DNA of 64,000 nucleotides from an uncultured Methanosarcinales archaeon (lineage in GTDB: Archaea; Nanobdellota; Nanobdellia; Woesearchaeales; CAYPCY01). The notes beneath the pieces were generated by a model. That model did not search any database and was not told the origin of the DNA. It saw only the letters and a list, made by a program, of their open reading frames with translations. The position numbers and the translations under genes are program-made. Shown here in pieces: positions 49,871-59,082 of the stretch. The stretch lies in the NCBI GenBank assembly GCA_964409385.1, contig CAYPCY010000001.1:106546-170545 (forward strand), given 5' to 3'. Each line of letters starts with the position of its first letter. Position 1 is the stretch's first letter.

Positions 49871-50920
49871 ATGACATTAACTAAAGAAGAAATAAGTAAA
49901 TTTAAAGATATACTTAATAATTGTAAAAGACCATTATTCTTTTTTGATGCTGATCCTGACGGTTTAACCTCTTTCTTACTATTATACAGAATAAAAAAGG
50001 AAGGAACTGGAGTTTTTGTTAAGAAAGGACCTGATTTTGAGGATAGGATGAGAAGGAAGGTTGAAGAATATTCTCCAGACGCTATTTTCATTCTTGACAT
50101 TCCAGTATTAGATAGTTTCTTTGACAATTTAAAGATTACAACTTGTTGGTTAGATCATCATCCAGTAATTAAAATAAACAATAATAATTTACAGTATTTC
50201 AATCCTAGAGTTCATGATGATGAAGATAATAGACCAACCTCATACTGGGCATACAAAATAGCAAATAATAAGGAAGATTCTTGGATTGGCTTGTTAGGTA
50301 ATGTTGCAGACTGGTTCATTCCAGAATATAAGAATGAAGTTCATAAAAAACATCCTGACTTTTTCAATATTAAAGCTAAGAAAGCTCCAGAAATTTTATT
50401 TTCTAATGATAAACTAGGAAGATTATACCAAATTATTAGTTTAATGTTTAAAACTCCAACTAAAGACATTAATTCATGCATTAAAATACTAACTAGAATA
50501 AATCATTATGATGAGATTCTTGAACAAACAACTCCACAAGGAAAATTCATTTTTAAGAAAGCAAGTAAAATAAGCGAGTTTTACGATAATTACAGAAAAG
50601 AAGCTCTTGATCAAGTAACCAATGATGATTTTTGCCTGATTAAACTTCACAAGTCCAAATATTCTTTCTCTTCAGAAATTAGTAATGAGATAGTCTTCAA
50701 AAATCCTAACAAGTTAGTTATGGTTTGTACAGAAGCAGAAGATACATATAGATGTTCTTTAAGGTCTGAAAATCACATGGTTATAGACATTCTTAACAAT
50801 ACCCTGAAAGAAGTTCCTAGCGCTTCAGGCGGTGGTCATGATCATGCTTGTGGAGCTAGTGTTTCCAAAGAACATTTTGAAGATTTTATAGCTGGATTAA
50901 AGAAGCATTTTCAAAAGTAA
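49871..50920 (+). CDS. DHH/DHHA1 family phosphoesterase (RecJ-like / nanoRNase-like)
   Basis: FFFDADPDG (motif I), LDHHP (DHH), and C-terminal GGGHDHACGA (the DHHA1 GGGH motif). Confidence 0.7.
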   Translation: MTLTKEEISKFKDILNNCKRPLFFFDADPDGLTSFLLLYRIKKEGTGVFVKKGPDFEDRMRRKVEEYSPDAIFILDIPVLDSFFDNLKITTCWLDHHPVIKINNNNLQYFNPRVHDDEDNRPTSYWAYKIANNKEDSWIGLLGNVADWFIPEYKNEVHKKHPDFFNIKAKKAPEILFSNDKLGRLYQIISLMFKTPTKDINSCIKILTRINHYDEILEQTTPQGKFIFKKASKISEFYDNYRKEALDQVTNDDFCLIKLHKSKYSFSSEISNEIVFKNPNKLVMVCTEAEDTYRCSLRSENHMVIDILNNTLKEVPSASGGGHDHACGASVSKEHFEDFIAGLKKHFQK

Positions 50921-50953
50921 ATATTTTTATTCTGTTCCAAATTCTTTTTATTC

Positions 50954-51883
50954 ATGGATTTGAGTCGTCAGAAGCTTTTAGACCCTTCAATGCTAGATTC
51001 CAGAATAGCAATTGTAGGAGTGGGAGCATTAGGAAGTGTAGTTCTTGAATTACTAGTAAGAGCAGGAATTAAACATTTTAAGATTGCAGATCCTGACCTT
51101 GTTGAAGAGTCAAACCTACAAAGACAAGTGATCTACACCAGCAAACAAGTTAATATGCCTAAAGTCTATGCTGCAAGAGATTATGCTATGGAAGTAAATC
51201 CTGAAGTTAATATAGAATGCTTAAAAGATAGAATAAACGCGAAAAACATTCAGTTTCTAGATTCAGAAATTATTATAGACTGCACAGACAATCTAAACAC
51301 GAGATTCTTAATTAATGATTATGCAATAAAAAACAAAATACCTTGGATTTTTGGCTCTGCAATCAGACAAGAAGGAATGGTATTCTTAACTAACGACAAA
51401 CCATGCTTCCAATGCATATTCAAAAATTCTGGACTTGACGAAAGTTGTGAAAGGGAAGGAATACTAAATTCAATATCTACATTAATAGCTAGTTTACAAG
51501 TTCATTATGTGTATGAATTATTACGAGGAGATGAAATAAAAAAAGAATTAATCAAGGTTGATCTCAAAACTTTCAAAATTGAAAATTTCAAGGTTAAAAA
51601 CAACAATTGTAACGCTTGTAAAGGAAAACTTAATTATTTGAACAAGCCCTTCGTCGTTGAAAAATGCAAGGTTAAGAACCATTTAAGAATAACACCAATT
51701 AACAAGTCAAAACTTAATATTAAACATTTAAAAAAACTTGCTAAAATCACTGCAAAAAATAAATATTCAATAGCAGGAGAGATTAACAAAGTAAGATTCA
51801 TTACTGAAGATATAGGATTAAAACTAGCAACTACTGATTATGAACTTGCAGAAAAGATAGGAAAAGAACTATTCAAAAGTTAA
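50954..51883 (+). CDS. ThiF/MoeB/E1-like adenylyltransferase
   Basis: RIAIVGVGALGSVVLELLVRAGI (nucleotide-binding), ESNLQRQ, and the zinc-binding CFQC...CNAC. Confidence 0.75.
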   Translation: MDLSRQKLLDPSMLDSRIAIVGVGALGSVVLELLVRAGIKHFKIADPDLVEESNLQRQVIYTSKQVNMPKVYAARDYAMEVNPEVNIECLKDRINAKNIQFLDSEIIIDCTDNLNTRFLINDYAIKNKIPWIFGSAIRQEGMVFLTNDKPCFQCIFKNSGLDESCEREGILNSISTLIASLQVHYVYELLRGDEIKKELIKVDLKTFKIENFKVKNNNCNACKGKLNYLNKPFVVEKCKVKNHLRITPINKSKLNIKHLKKLAKITAKNKYSIAGEINKVRFITEDIGLKLATTDYELAEKIGKELFKS

Positions 51884-52402
51884 TTCTTTAAAATCATCAA
51901 TATCAATATTATTTTTTAAGTATAATTTTTTAGTATTTATCGAGGTTGTATCTTTCATTTCATAACCTAATGATTTAACTGCATTCTCTACTTTTTCTTC
52001 TGAAGATCCTTCTATTTCCAGGTAAGGAGGTATTTTTGGCCAGGTGTCAATCTCAAAGTCTACATCGCCTAATTTGTAACTTTCTCTTTTATTTTCTTGT
52101 AGTGCCTTATGCTTATATCCTAATTTATCTAGGATTTGATGTGTTTTTTCAAAATCACTAACATCTATTTCTAATTCTTTAGTTCCAGTGATTGAATCAT
52201 CAGATATTTCTTTAATTGTCAATTGTGTTTTTTCCCCATCATCTCTTAATCTAATCCAAGTTTGTTGATATTTAGAATCTATATCATAAACATATCTTCA
52301 CATATTCCTTTCTAAATACTTCTTAGCACCTATAGAAATCAATTTCTTTCTTATTTCTTTAATATCAATATTTAAAATTTTAACTTCATATTCTGTTTTC
52401 AT
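51869..52402 (-). pseudogene. CYTH-domain (class IV adenylyl cyclase / triphosphate tunnel metalloenzyme) gene interrupted by a single in-frame TGA at 52288..52290
   Basis: Minus-strand translation from ATG 52402 reads MKTEYEVKILNIDIKEIRKKLISIGAKKYLERNM-[TGA]-RYVYDIDSKYQQTWIRLRDDGEKTQLTIKEISDD...DFEIDTWPKIPPYLEIEG. The span is 534 nt (178 codons) with one stop. The ExExK and ExE tunnel motifs lie on opposite sides of the stop. Confidence 0.55.
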
Positions 52403-52465
52403 TTTGTTTGAGAATAAAATCTTGTTTAAATAAGTTTTTATACCTTGTCTAATTTCTTTATTCTC

Positions 52466-53077
52466 ATGAAAGCATTATTATTACTCAGTGGAGGGATAGA
52501 CAGTCCAGTTGCTGGATTATTAATGAAAAAAAGTCTTGAATTAGAAGCAGTTCATTTCTCTCTAGAACCATTCACCGGACCTGAAAGTGTTGAGAAAAGT
52601 ATTGAACTAGCTAAAATTCTAAAACTAAAAACTCTTAACATAATAAAACACGGCAATATCCAAGCAGAAATTGCAGAAAGGGCAAACAGAAAATATTATT
52701 TTGTTCTTGCAAGAAGGTTAATGTTAAGAACTGCTGAAGAACTAGCTAAGAAACTAGATTGTAAATACTTAATCACTGGAGAGAATATGAGTCAAGTTTC
52801 AAGCCAAACATTAAGTAATATGGCAACTACTGACAAATCAGTAAAAATGCACATTCTCAGACCATTACTAACCATGGACAAGGTAGAAATAATTAAACTT
52901 GCTGAAAAATTCAAGACTTTCGAAACTTCTAAAGGCCCAGAAACTTGTGATGTTCTAGGCCCTAAAAATCCAGCAACTAATATTCCTGAAAAGGTAGCAT
53001 TGAATGAAGAAAGAAAGTTTGATTCTGAACTGTTAATAAAGAAAGGACTGGAAGAATTAACTATTAAAAAAATTTAA
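52466..53077 (+). CDS. ThiI-like PP-loop ATP pyrophosphatase domain protein (no THUMP domain)
   Basis: MKALLLLSGGIDSPVAG is the SGGxDS PP-loop. It is similar to the ThiI C-terminal AANH domain. Confidence 0.6.
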   Translation: MKALLLLSGGIDSPVAGLLMKKSLELEAVHFSLEPFTGPESVEKSIELAKILKLKTLNIIKHGNIQAEIAERANRKYYFVLARRLMLRTAEELAKKLDCKYLITGENMSQVSSQTLSNMATTDKSVKMHILRPLLTMDKVEIIKLAEKFKTFETSKGPETCDVLGPKNPATNIPEKVALNEERKFDSELLIKKGLEELTIKKI

Positions 53078-53102
53078 AAACTTCTTTAATAACTAAAAAT
53101 TC

Positions 53103-54428
53103 ATGAAGGTTTACAACACATTAACAAGGAAGAAAGAAGCATTAAATAAGAAAAAATTAAACTTGTTCGTATGTGGCCCTACAGTTTATGATCTTCCTCA
53201 TGTTGGCCATGCAAAAACTTACATTCAATTTGATTTCATCACTAAATACTTAAGAAAGAAAGGAATTGAAGTTTTCTATCTTCAAAATATTACTGACTTG
53301 GACGATAAAATTATTCAACGGGCTAAAGAACAAAATACTACACCAAAACAATTAGCAAAGAAATTCGAAAATGCTTATTATAAAGATATGGAAGCATTAA
53401 AGATTGATTCAGTAACTGAATATGCTAGGGCTACCGATTTCATTCCAGAAATTATAAATCAAGTAAAGACCCTAATAAAAAAAGGATTTGCTTACAAGAT
53501 AGAAGATGGTTATTACTTTAACATTTCTAAATTTAAAGATTACGGTAAATTATCTAAGAGGAAAGTCCAACAGGCAGAAGACGCAATTACTAGGATTGAC
53601 GATAGTATTAATAAGAAAAACAAGGGAGATTTTTGCTTGTGGAAATTATCTAAAGAAGAACCTAAGTGGGATTCTGAACTTGGAAGTGGAAGACCAGGTT
53701 GGCATATTGAAGATACTGCAATTACCGAAAAGTATTTCGGTCCTCAATATGATATTCATGGTGGTGCTTTAGATCTCATATTCCCTCATCATGAAGCAGA
53801 GATTTCACAAATGGAAGCTGCTTCTGGAAAGAAGCCATTAGTTAAATACTGGATTCATACTGGATTCTTAAATTTTAAGGGAGAGAAAATGTCTAAGTCT
53901 TTAGGAAATTTCTTAACAGTAAGAAATGCATTAAAAAATTATAATTACAAAACTATAAGATTCGCTTTCATTAGCAATCATTATAAAAGTCCAATGGATT
54001 TCTCTGAAAAAATTCTTAATCAAAGCAAGAATTCTTTAGATCGACTTAATGACCTAGCATTAAATTCTAAAGGAAAACCTAGAAAGATGACAGGAATTAA
54101 AAAATATAAAGAAAAATTCTATAATGAATTAAATGATGATTTTAACACTCCAAAAGCATTTTCTGTATTGTTTGATTTTGTAAGAGAAGCAAACAAAGTG
54201 AATGCGGGAGATGAAGCATTCCAATTCCTTAAAGAAATAGATGAATTATGTAATATTTTAACTTTAGAACAGAATATTCCAAAAGAAATTATTAAATTAG
54301 CAGAAGAAAGAAAAACAGCAAGAAAAGACAAGAATTGGAAAAAATCTGACAAGTTAAGAGATAAGATTTTAAAGAAGGGATACATTATAGAAGATACTAG
54401 TAACAGTTACAAAATAAAAAATGTTTAA
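53103..54428 (+). CDS. cysS: cysteinyl-tRNA synthetase
   Basis: CGPTVYDLPHVGHAKTY (HIGH), KMSKSLGN (KMSKS), WHIE zinc site. Confidence 0.9.
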   Translation: MKVYNTLTRKKEALNKKKLNLFVCGPTVYDLPHVGHAKTYIQFDFITKYLRKKGIEVFYLQNITDLDDKIIQRAKEQNTTPKQLAKKFENAYYKDMEALKIDSVTEYARATDFIPEIINQVKTLIKKGFAYKIEDGYYFNISKFKDYGKLSKRKVQQAEDAITRIDDSINKKNKGDFCLWKLSKEEPKWDSELGSGRPGWHIEDTAITEKYFGPQYDIHGGALDLIFPHHEAEISQMEAASGKKPLVKYWIHTGFLNFKGEKMSKSLGNFLTVRNALKNYNYKTIRFAFISNHYKSPMDFSEKILNQSKNSLDRLNDLALNSKGKPRKMTGIKKYKEKFYNELNDDFNTPKAFSVLFDFVREANKVNAGDEAFQFLKEIDELCNILTLEQNIPKEIIKLAEERKTARKDKNWKKSDKLRDKILKKGYIIEDTSNSYKIKNV

Positions 54429-54789
54429 ACTTGAAGATTTAGTTTATAAATTTCATGAAGACAAGATTAATTTTGATAATCTTTCTAAAGAATTATTACC
54501 AGTTTACAACTATTTATACCAAAATGGTTATTCAGTAAAACATAGGATTGATGAATTATCTCTTGATTTTAAATTCTTCTTTCATGAAAGAACTGAAGAT
54601 TATGAACTAGCAGAAAAATTAACTAATGAACCCGTATTTCCTAAAATAGAATTAATTCCTAGAAATAATAAATTAAGACCATTATTTGAACTTGCCGAGG
54701 CAATATATGATAATATTAATCATGGCAGAAAGTACAAGGCAAGAAGACATAGAAGTTTGCTTGCTGATGTTGTATTGATAACTTTATGA
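54421..54789 (+). CDS. hypothetical protein (122 aa)
   Basis: Complete ORF overlapping the cysS stop by 8 nt. No motif recognised. Confidence 0.4.
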   Translation: MFKLEDLVYKFHEDKINFDNLSKELLPVYNYLYQNGYSVKHRIDELSLDFKFFFHERTEDYELAEKLTNEPVFPKIELIPRNNKLRPLFELAEAIYDNINHGRKYKARRHRSLLADVVLITL

Positions 54790-54851
54790 AATTATTTAAT
54801 TTCAAACTTCTAAAAAGATAAGTTTTTAAACTAATAACATAAAATAATCAC

Positions 54852-55415
54852 ATGACAGAATCTGATTGGAAAAAACCTTTTCTTATTGCCTTGATTGGTT
54901 CATTATGTGTTAGTGCATTTATTGGAGTTATTATTTTCTTAATAGGTAATTTTGGAGAGTTAGAAATGCGAATTCTAGGAACTACAATATCTATCGGCGT
55001 ATTCAGCCTTATTGGATTATTCTTCGCGAACTTATATGAAAAAAACAAAGTTTTATTATTCTCGTCAACAGGGTTAATCTTTACAATTTTAGGATTTTTA
55101 ATTAATATTTTGTATATTTGGGATTTATTAGATGATGAAATATATTGGAAATCTATGTTAATATTTATTATAATAACTCTATCTGCATTACACGCTTCTT
55201 TAATCATGTTATTAAAATCAAACAATTTAGTAAACACTTCTATAATGGCCACTTTGTTAATGATTGGACTGGTTGCGATTTTCTTGATTGTGCTGGTTAT
55301 TTTAGATGGTGATGTTAGTGAATTTATTTTTAGAATTTTAGGTGCTATTGCCATTCTTGACGGTTTAGGAACAATAGTAACACCATTGTTGAAAAGATTC
55401 GTTAAACTTCAGTAA
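54852..55415 (+). CDS. hypothetical polytopic membrane protein
   Basis: 187 aa with 5-6 hydrophobic helices. Confidence 0.5.
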   Translation: MTESDWKKPFLIALIGSLCVSAFIGVIIFLIGNFGELEMRILGTTISIGVFSLIGLFFANLYEKNKVLLFSSTGLIFTILGFLINILYIWDLLDDEIYWKSMLIFIIITLSALHASLIMLLKSNNLVNTSIMATLLMIGLVAIFLIVLVILDGDVSEFIFRILGAIAILDGLGTIVTPLLKRFVKLQ

Positions 55416-56197
55416 GGATTATTATCAAAGTATACTTTACTAAATCCCATTTCTCTAACTAAATTTGGAATTTCACAAGAAATAAATGTGTTTCCTTTCT
55501 TTTGATAAGCCAAACCACCATTATCACACAATTTCTTAACTTTTTCAATAAGATTTTCATTAGTTGTATTTGTTGATAATTCTTTTCCTAATAATACTCT
55601 ACTAAATGTTTCTCTAGCAACACCTGAAAATCTTGACATATCAGTCCAAGTCATTCTTTCACACTCGTAAAATTTATGACTGGGAACTTTTGATGATTTT
55701 CTCGCTTGTTCAATTTCAAAATTCAAAAACAAAATTATTTTATCCATTGAAGAGTATGATTGAAGTCTTGCAATTTCTAAATAATGAATTCTTTGAACCG
55801 CACCCAATACTGAATAACCTAGATTTACAGAAGCGTTTCCTCCTCTCTTATGAATATACTCAAAACAATACTGTGGAATTTTAAGAACTATAGAATCTTT
55901 TCTTGACTTCCACCTGTGATTTCCTAAATCATCATCAGATATTAAATCTCCAAAAACTTGAGAGCCTACAATATGATCTTGAATTGCTGTCGGTTCGTAC
56001 TTATTATCTGTTGGCAATACTTCAACCAAATCTCCTTCAACAACATAATAAATATTTAGTATTTTTTCTTCTGGTTGAATAAAATCTTTTTTTGAATAAT
56101 GCCTTACAGAAACTCCTGAGGAAGCAATCAATTCAACCTCCCAATCAGAAAGGTCAGTTCCCAATGAAGTTTTCCTTATTGCTTCTTCAATATCCAT
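55409..56197 (-). CDS. Crp/Fnr-family-like regulator (cNMP-binding-like beta-barrel plus C-terminal HTH)
   Basis: IYYVVEGDLVEV... and C-terminal MTWTDMSRFSGVARETFSRVL, which resembles the Crp HTH (ltr.elA...G.trEtvsRvL). Confidence 0.45.
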   Translation of the reverse strand: MDIEEAIRKTSLGTDLSDWEVELIASSGVSVRHYSKKDFIQPEEKILNIYYVVEGDLVEVLPTDNKYEPTAIQDHIVGSQVFGDLISDDDLGNHRWKSRKDSIVLKIPQYCFEYIHKRGGNASVNLGYSVLGAVQRIHYLEIARLQSYSSMDKIILFLNFEIEQARKSSKVPSHKFYECERMTWTDMSRFSGVARETFSRVLLGKELSTNTTNENLIEKVKKLCDNGGLAYQKKGNTFISCEIPNLVREMGFSKVYFDNNPY

Positions 56198-56272
56198 TTT
56201 GTCAAGAGAATCTTATCTTGTTTAAATTGTTTTTGGAAATAGTTTATTAAACTAGTAAATAATATTAACAGT

Positions 56273-56602
56273 ATGGATTTTAATACTTACCAAAAAGAAG
56301 CTAGAAAATCAGCAATCTATCCACATTTAGGAAGTAATTTATCTTATCCAACTCTTGGACTTTGTGGAGAAGCTGGCGAAGTTGCTGAAAAAGTTAAAAA
56401 GTTATTCAGAGATAGAAAAGGAAGGGCAGATATTCAGTTTAAGACGGAATTGTTAAAAGAACTTGGTGATGTTCTTTGGTATTTAAGTTCATTAACTTCA
56501 GAATTGGGTTTTGAACTGGATGATGTTGCCAAAATTAATGTTGAAAAATTAAATAGTAGAATGAAAAACAACAAAATTCATGGTGATGGAGACAACCGTT
56601 AA
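56273..56602 (+). CDS. MazG-like nucleotide pyrophosphohydrolase
   Basis: LGLCGEAGEVAEKVKK...ELGDVLWYLSSL: the EExxE / ExxD metal-binding helices of the all-alpha NTP-PPase fold. Confidence 0.65.
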   Translation: MDFNTYQKEARKSAIYPHLGSNLSYPTLGLCGEAGEVAEKVKKLFRDRKGRADIQFKTELLKELGDVLWYLSSLTSELGFELDDVAKINVEKLNSRMKNNKIHGDGDNR

Positions 56603-58998
56603 AGAATCAATTTTAATTTTCCTTTCTTAACTTCTTTAGCATTATGCATTGTTTTCAAATCTACTGAAATACTTTCTAAACTTGAAGGAATTTGTAATAA
56701 TTTAATTTCAGAATTTAAACTCATTCCTTCATCCTTTTTTGATTTCCAAACTAATGAATTTACTTCAGCAATTATTTCATTGGATAATTTAGAATTTACT
56801 TTTTTAATAATTGGAAATGGTCTTGAATGAATATCTTCATTGTACAATTCATTATATAGTTTGAATGTTATAAAAGGCAATATTGGACTTAATATTTCTA
56901 ATAAAATTCTCAAGCAATAATTTAATGTTTCTAATGCCCCATTCTGTTCTTCCTTGCTAAAATTCTTGTCTTCATTATATGCCCTATTCTTTACCAGTTC
57001 TAAATAATGTGACGAGAATATTTCCCAAATAAAATGTTTTAGTTTGATTGCGGGATTGTGAAAATCATATTTTTCAAATCTTTTCTTTGAATAGTCTACT
57101 AGTGAGTTTAATTCTTTCATTATCCACTTGTCAACCTCCCTATATTTTATTTTGCCATTAACTTTTGGAAATGAACTAATGAATTTTGCAACATTCCATA
57201 ATTTCATTAGTGTTTTTCCTGCACCTTCTATCCTTTCAAACGAACATCTAAAATCAGTACTTACTAGGTTTCCTTCCGTTACAGACCAGAGTCTGAAAGA
57301 TTCTGCTCCAAACTTGTTAAGAACATTTTGAGGATCAATCATGTTACCTTTTGACTTGGACATTTTATATCCTTCCCCATCTACAATATGGTAGTTTACC
57401 CAAACATCCTTGAATATTAATTCATCAGTTAACAAGTAATCTTTTAACACTGTATAATACAACCAAGTTCTTACTATTTCTTTTCCTTGTGGTCTTAAAC
57501 TACAAGGTTTTGCCTTGTTAAAGAATTTGTCATCCCTTCCCCATTTTAGAATGTATAATGGACTTATTGAACTATCAAACCAAGTATCAAATACTCTTTC
57601 TTCACCAATCCATTTTGTTTTTGGAAAGTCTTTAACTAATCCAATCTTTTTTCTTGATTTATTATAAACTTCAAAATTTTTCTTTGGAGTTTTTTTCCAT
57701 GGTTGATGATAACCTCCTTTTTTTGGCAATGCAATATTTCCTTTTTCATCCTTCCACAAAGGAATTTCAGTAGCATAATATCTTCTTCTTGATATTGGCC
57801 AGTCTATACTTACTGATTCTATCCAGTCTAACAATATCTTCTTGCTTCTTGGAGAATGAAAATTTAGTTTTTTAGCCAGTTGTTTCATCTTCTTCTTTTG
57901 ATCTAACTGTTTAACATAATATTCTGGCATTGCAATAAATTCTATTGGGTCTTTGCTTCTTTCACAAACGGGAGTTCTATGATTTATTCTTTTCTGACTT
58001 ACTAATAATCCTTTATTATTAAGTTCCATTACTATCTTCTTTTGCGCTTCCTTAATGTTTAATCCTTTCAAGAAACCTGAATTTTCATTCATTGTCCCAT
58101 CTTTATTTATTGCAATTACTGGCTTTAGATTTAATTCTCTGAAGAATCTTATATCTGTAACATCTCCGAAACTACACATCATCATTATTCCAGTTCCTTT
58201 ATCCATTATTGCTGACGAATGTGCTTTTATTGGTATTTCCTTATTGTAGATTGGAGTTATTGCTTTTTTTCCTTCTAAATGTTTGTATCTTTTATCTTTT
58301 GGATTGTATATTATCATTTCACAAGCGCAAATTAATTCTGGTCTTGTAGTTGCTATTATTAATTCTTCCTTGCTTCCTTTAATTCCGAATTTTATATCAT
58401 TAAAGAATGATGGTAATTCTTCATAAACTATTTCTGCATCTGCAAGGGTTGTTTGACATCCTGGACAATAATTATTTGTTCTTTCCGCTTCATAAATTAA
58501 GTTTTTCTTCCACAAATCAATAAACGTGTCTTGTGTTAAACTCCTATATTCCGGACTGTCAGTTTCATAAACTGAACCTATATTATTATTTTTTTTATAC
58601 TCGTTAAAACTAATTCCTAATTGTTGAAATGAATCCATAGTTGCAGTGCTCGCTTCTTTTAAAACAAGTTCACATTTTTTTAAGAATTCATTTCTTGAAA
58701 TTTGATTAAATTTTATTTTGAACTTTTTCTCTGCAGCCATTTCTATTGGAAGACCATTCCTATCCAAACCTAAAGGAAAAAGTACTGAATGTCCTGTTTG
58801 TCTCTTAAATCTTGCAAACATATCCATTAATACATAAGTTGTTGCCTGTCCTATGTGAACTGGAGAATTAACGTATGGTGGTGGTGTGTCTATTGAATAA
58901 ATTTTTTTCGAATCTTTAAATCTGTAAGGATTCTTTTTCTTCCAAGAATTGATTATTTCTTTCTCAAATTCTTTCTTCCACTTCTTATCTTTAATCAT
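56599..58998 (-). CDS. valS: valyl-tRNA synthetase, archaeal type
   Basis: IDTPPPYVNSPVHIGQATTYVLMD...LFPLGLDRNGLPIE parallels archaeal ValRS (DTPPPFTSGTLHLGH...FPQGFDNHGLPTE). KMSKSKGN is present; length 799 aa. Note the HIGH motif reads HIGQ. Confidence 0.75.
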   Translation of the reverse strand: MIKDKKWKKEFEKEIINSWKKKNPYRFKDSKKIYSIDTPPPYVNSPVHIGQATTYVLMDMFARFKRQTGHSVLFPLGLDRNGLPIEMAAEKKFKIKFNQISRNEFLKKCELVLKEASTATMDSFQQLGISFNEYKKNNNIGSVYETDSPEYRSLTQDTFIDLWKKNLIYEAERTNNYCPGCQTTLADAEIVYEELPSFFNDIKFGIKGSKEELIIATTRPELICACEMIIYNPKDKRYKHLEGKKAITPIYNKEIPIKAHSSAIMDKGTGIMMMCSFGDVTDIRFFRELNLKPVIAINKDGTMNENSGFLKGLNIKEAQKKIVMELNNKGLLVSQKRINHRTPVCERSKDPIEFIAMPEYYVKQLDQKKKMKQLAKKLNFHSPRSKKILLDWIESVSIDWPISRRRYYATEIPLWKDEKGNIALPKKGGYHQPWKKTPKKNFEVYNKSRKKIGLVKDFPKTKWIGEERVFDTWFDSSISPLYILKWGRDDKFFNKAKPCSLRPQGKEIVRTWLYYTVLKDYLLTDELIFKDVWVNYHIVDGEGYKMSKSKGNMIDPQNVLNKFGAESFRLWSVTEGNLVSTDFRCSFERIEGAGKTLMKLWNVAKFISSFPKVNGKIKYREVDKWIMKELNSLVDYSKKRFEKYDFHNPAIKLKHFIWEIFSSHYLELVKNRAYNEDKNFSKEEQNGALETLNYCLRILLEILSPILPFITFKLYNELYNEDIHSRPFPIIKKVNSKLSNEIIAEVNSLVWKSKKDEGMSLNSEIKLLQIPSSLESISVDLKTMHNAKEVKKGKLKLIL

Positions 58999-59082
58999 TA
59001 CATCCTCAAATTAGTTTTTCTTTTTATAATTTGTTGCTTTTTTCCCCAAAGGTTTTTAAATTATCCCGCACATACTATTTAT

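Noticed and set aside
6529-52290. Hypothesis that the in-frame TAG (pilin-like gene) and TGA (CYTH gene) reflect stop-codon reassignment in this organism
   Set aside because: Both codons terminate well-conserved genes here at the expected positions: TAG for leuS and rtcB, TGA for archease (ending ...ARIIFDI, the family's usual C-terminus). The two cases are better explained as pseudogenisation, assembly error or local readthrough.
54848-55354. 168-aa minus-strand ORF antisense to the membrane-protein gene 54852..55415
   Set aside because: Antisense of a hydrophobic gene, which typically yields an Ile/Lys-rich pseudo-ORF. The plus-strand product has regular TM-helix periodicity and is preferred.
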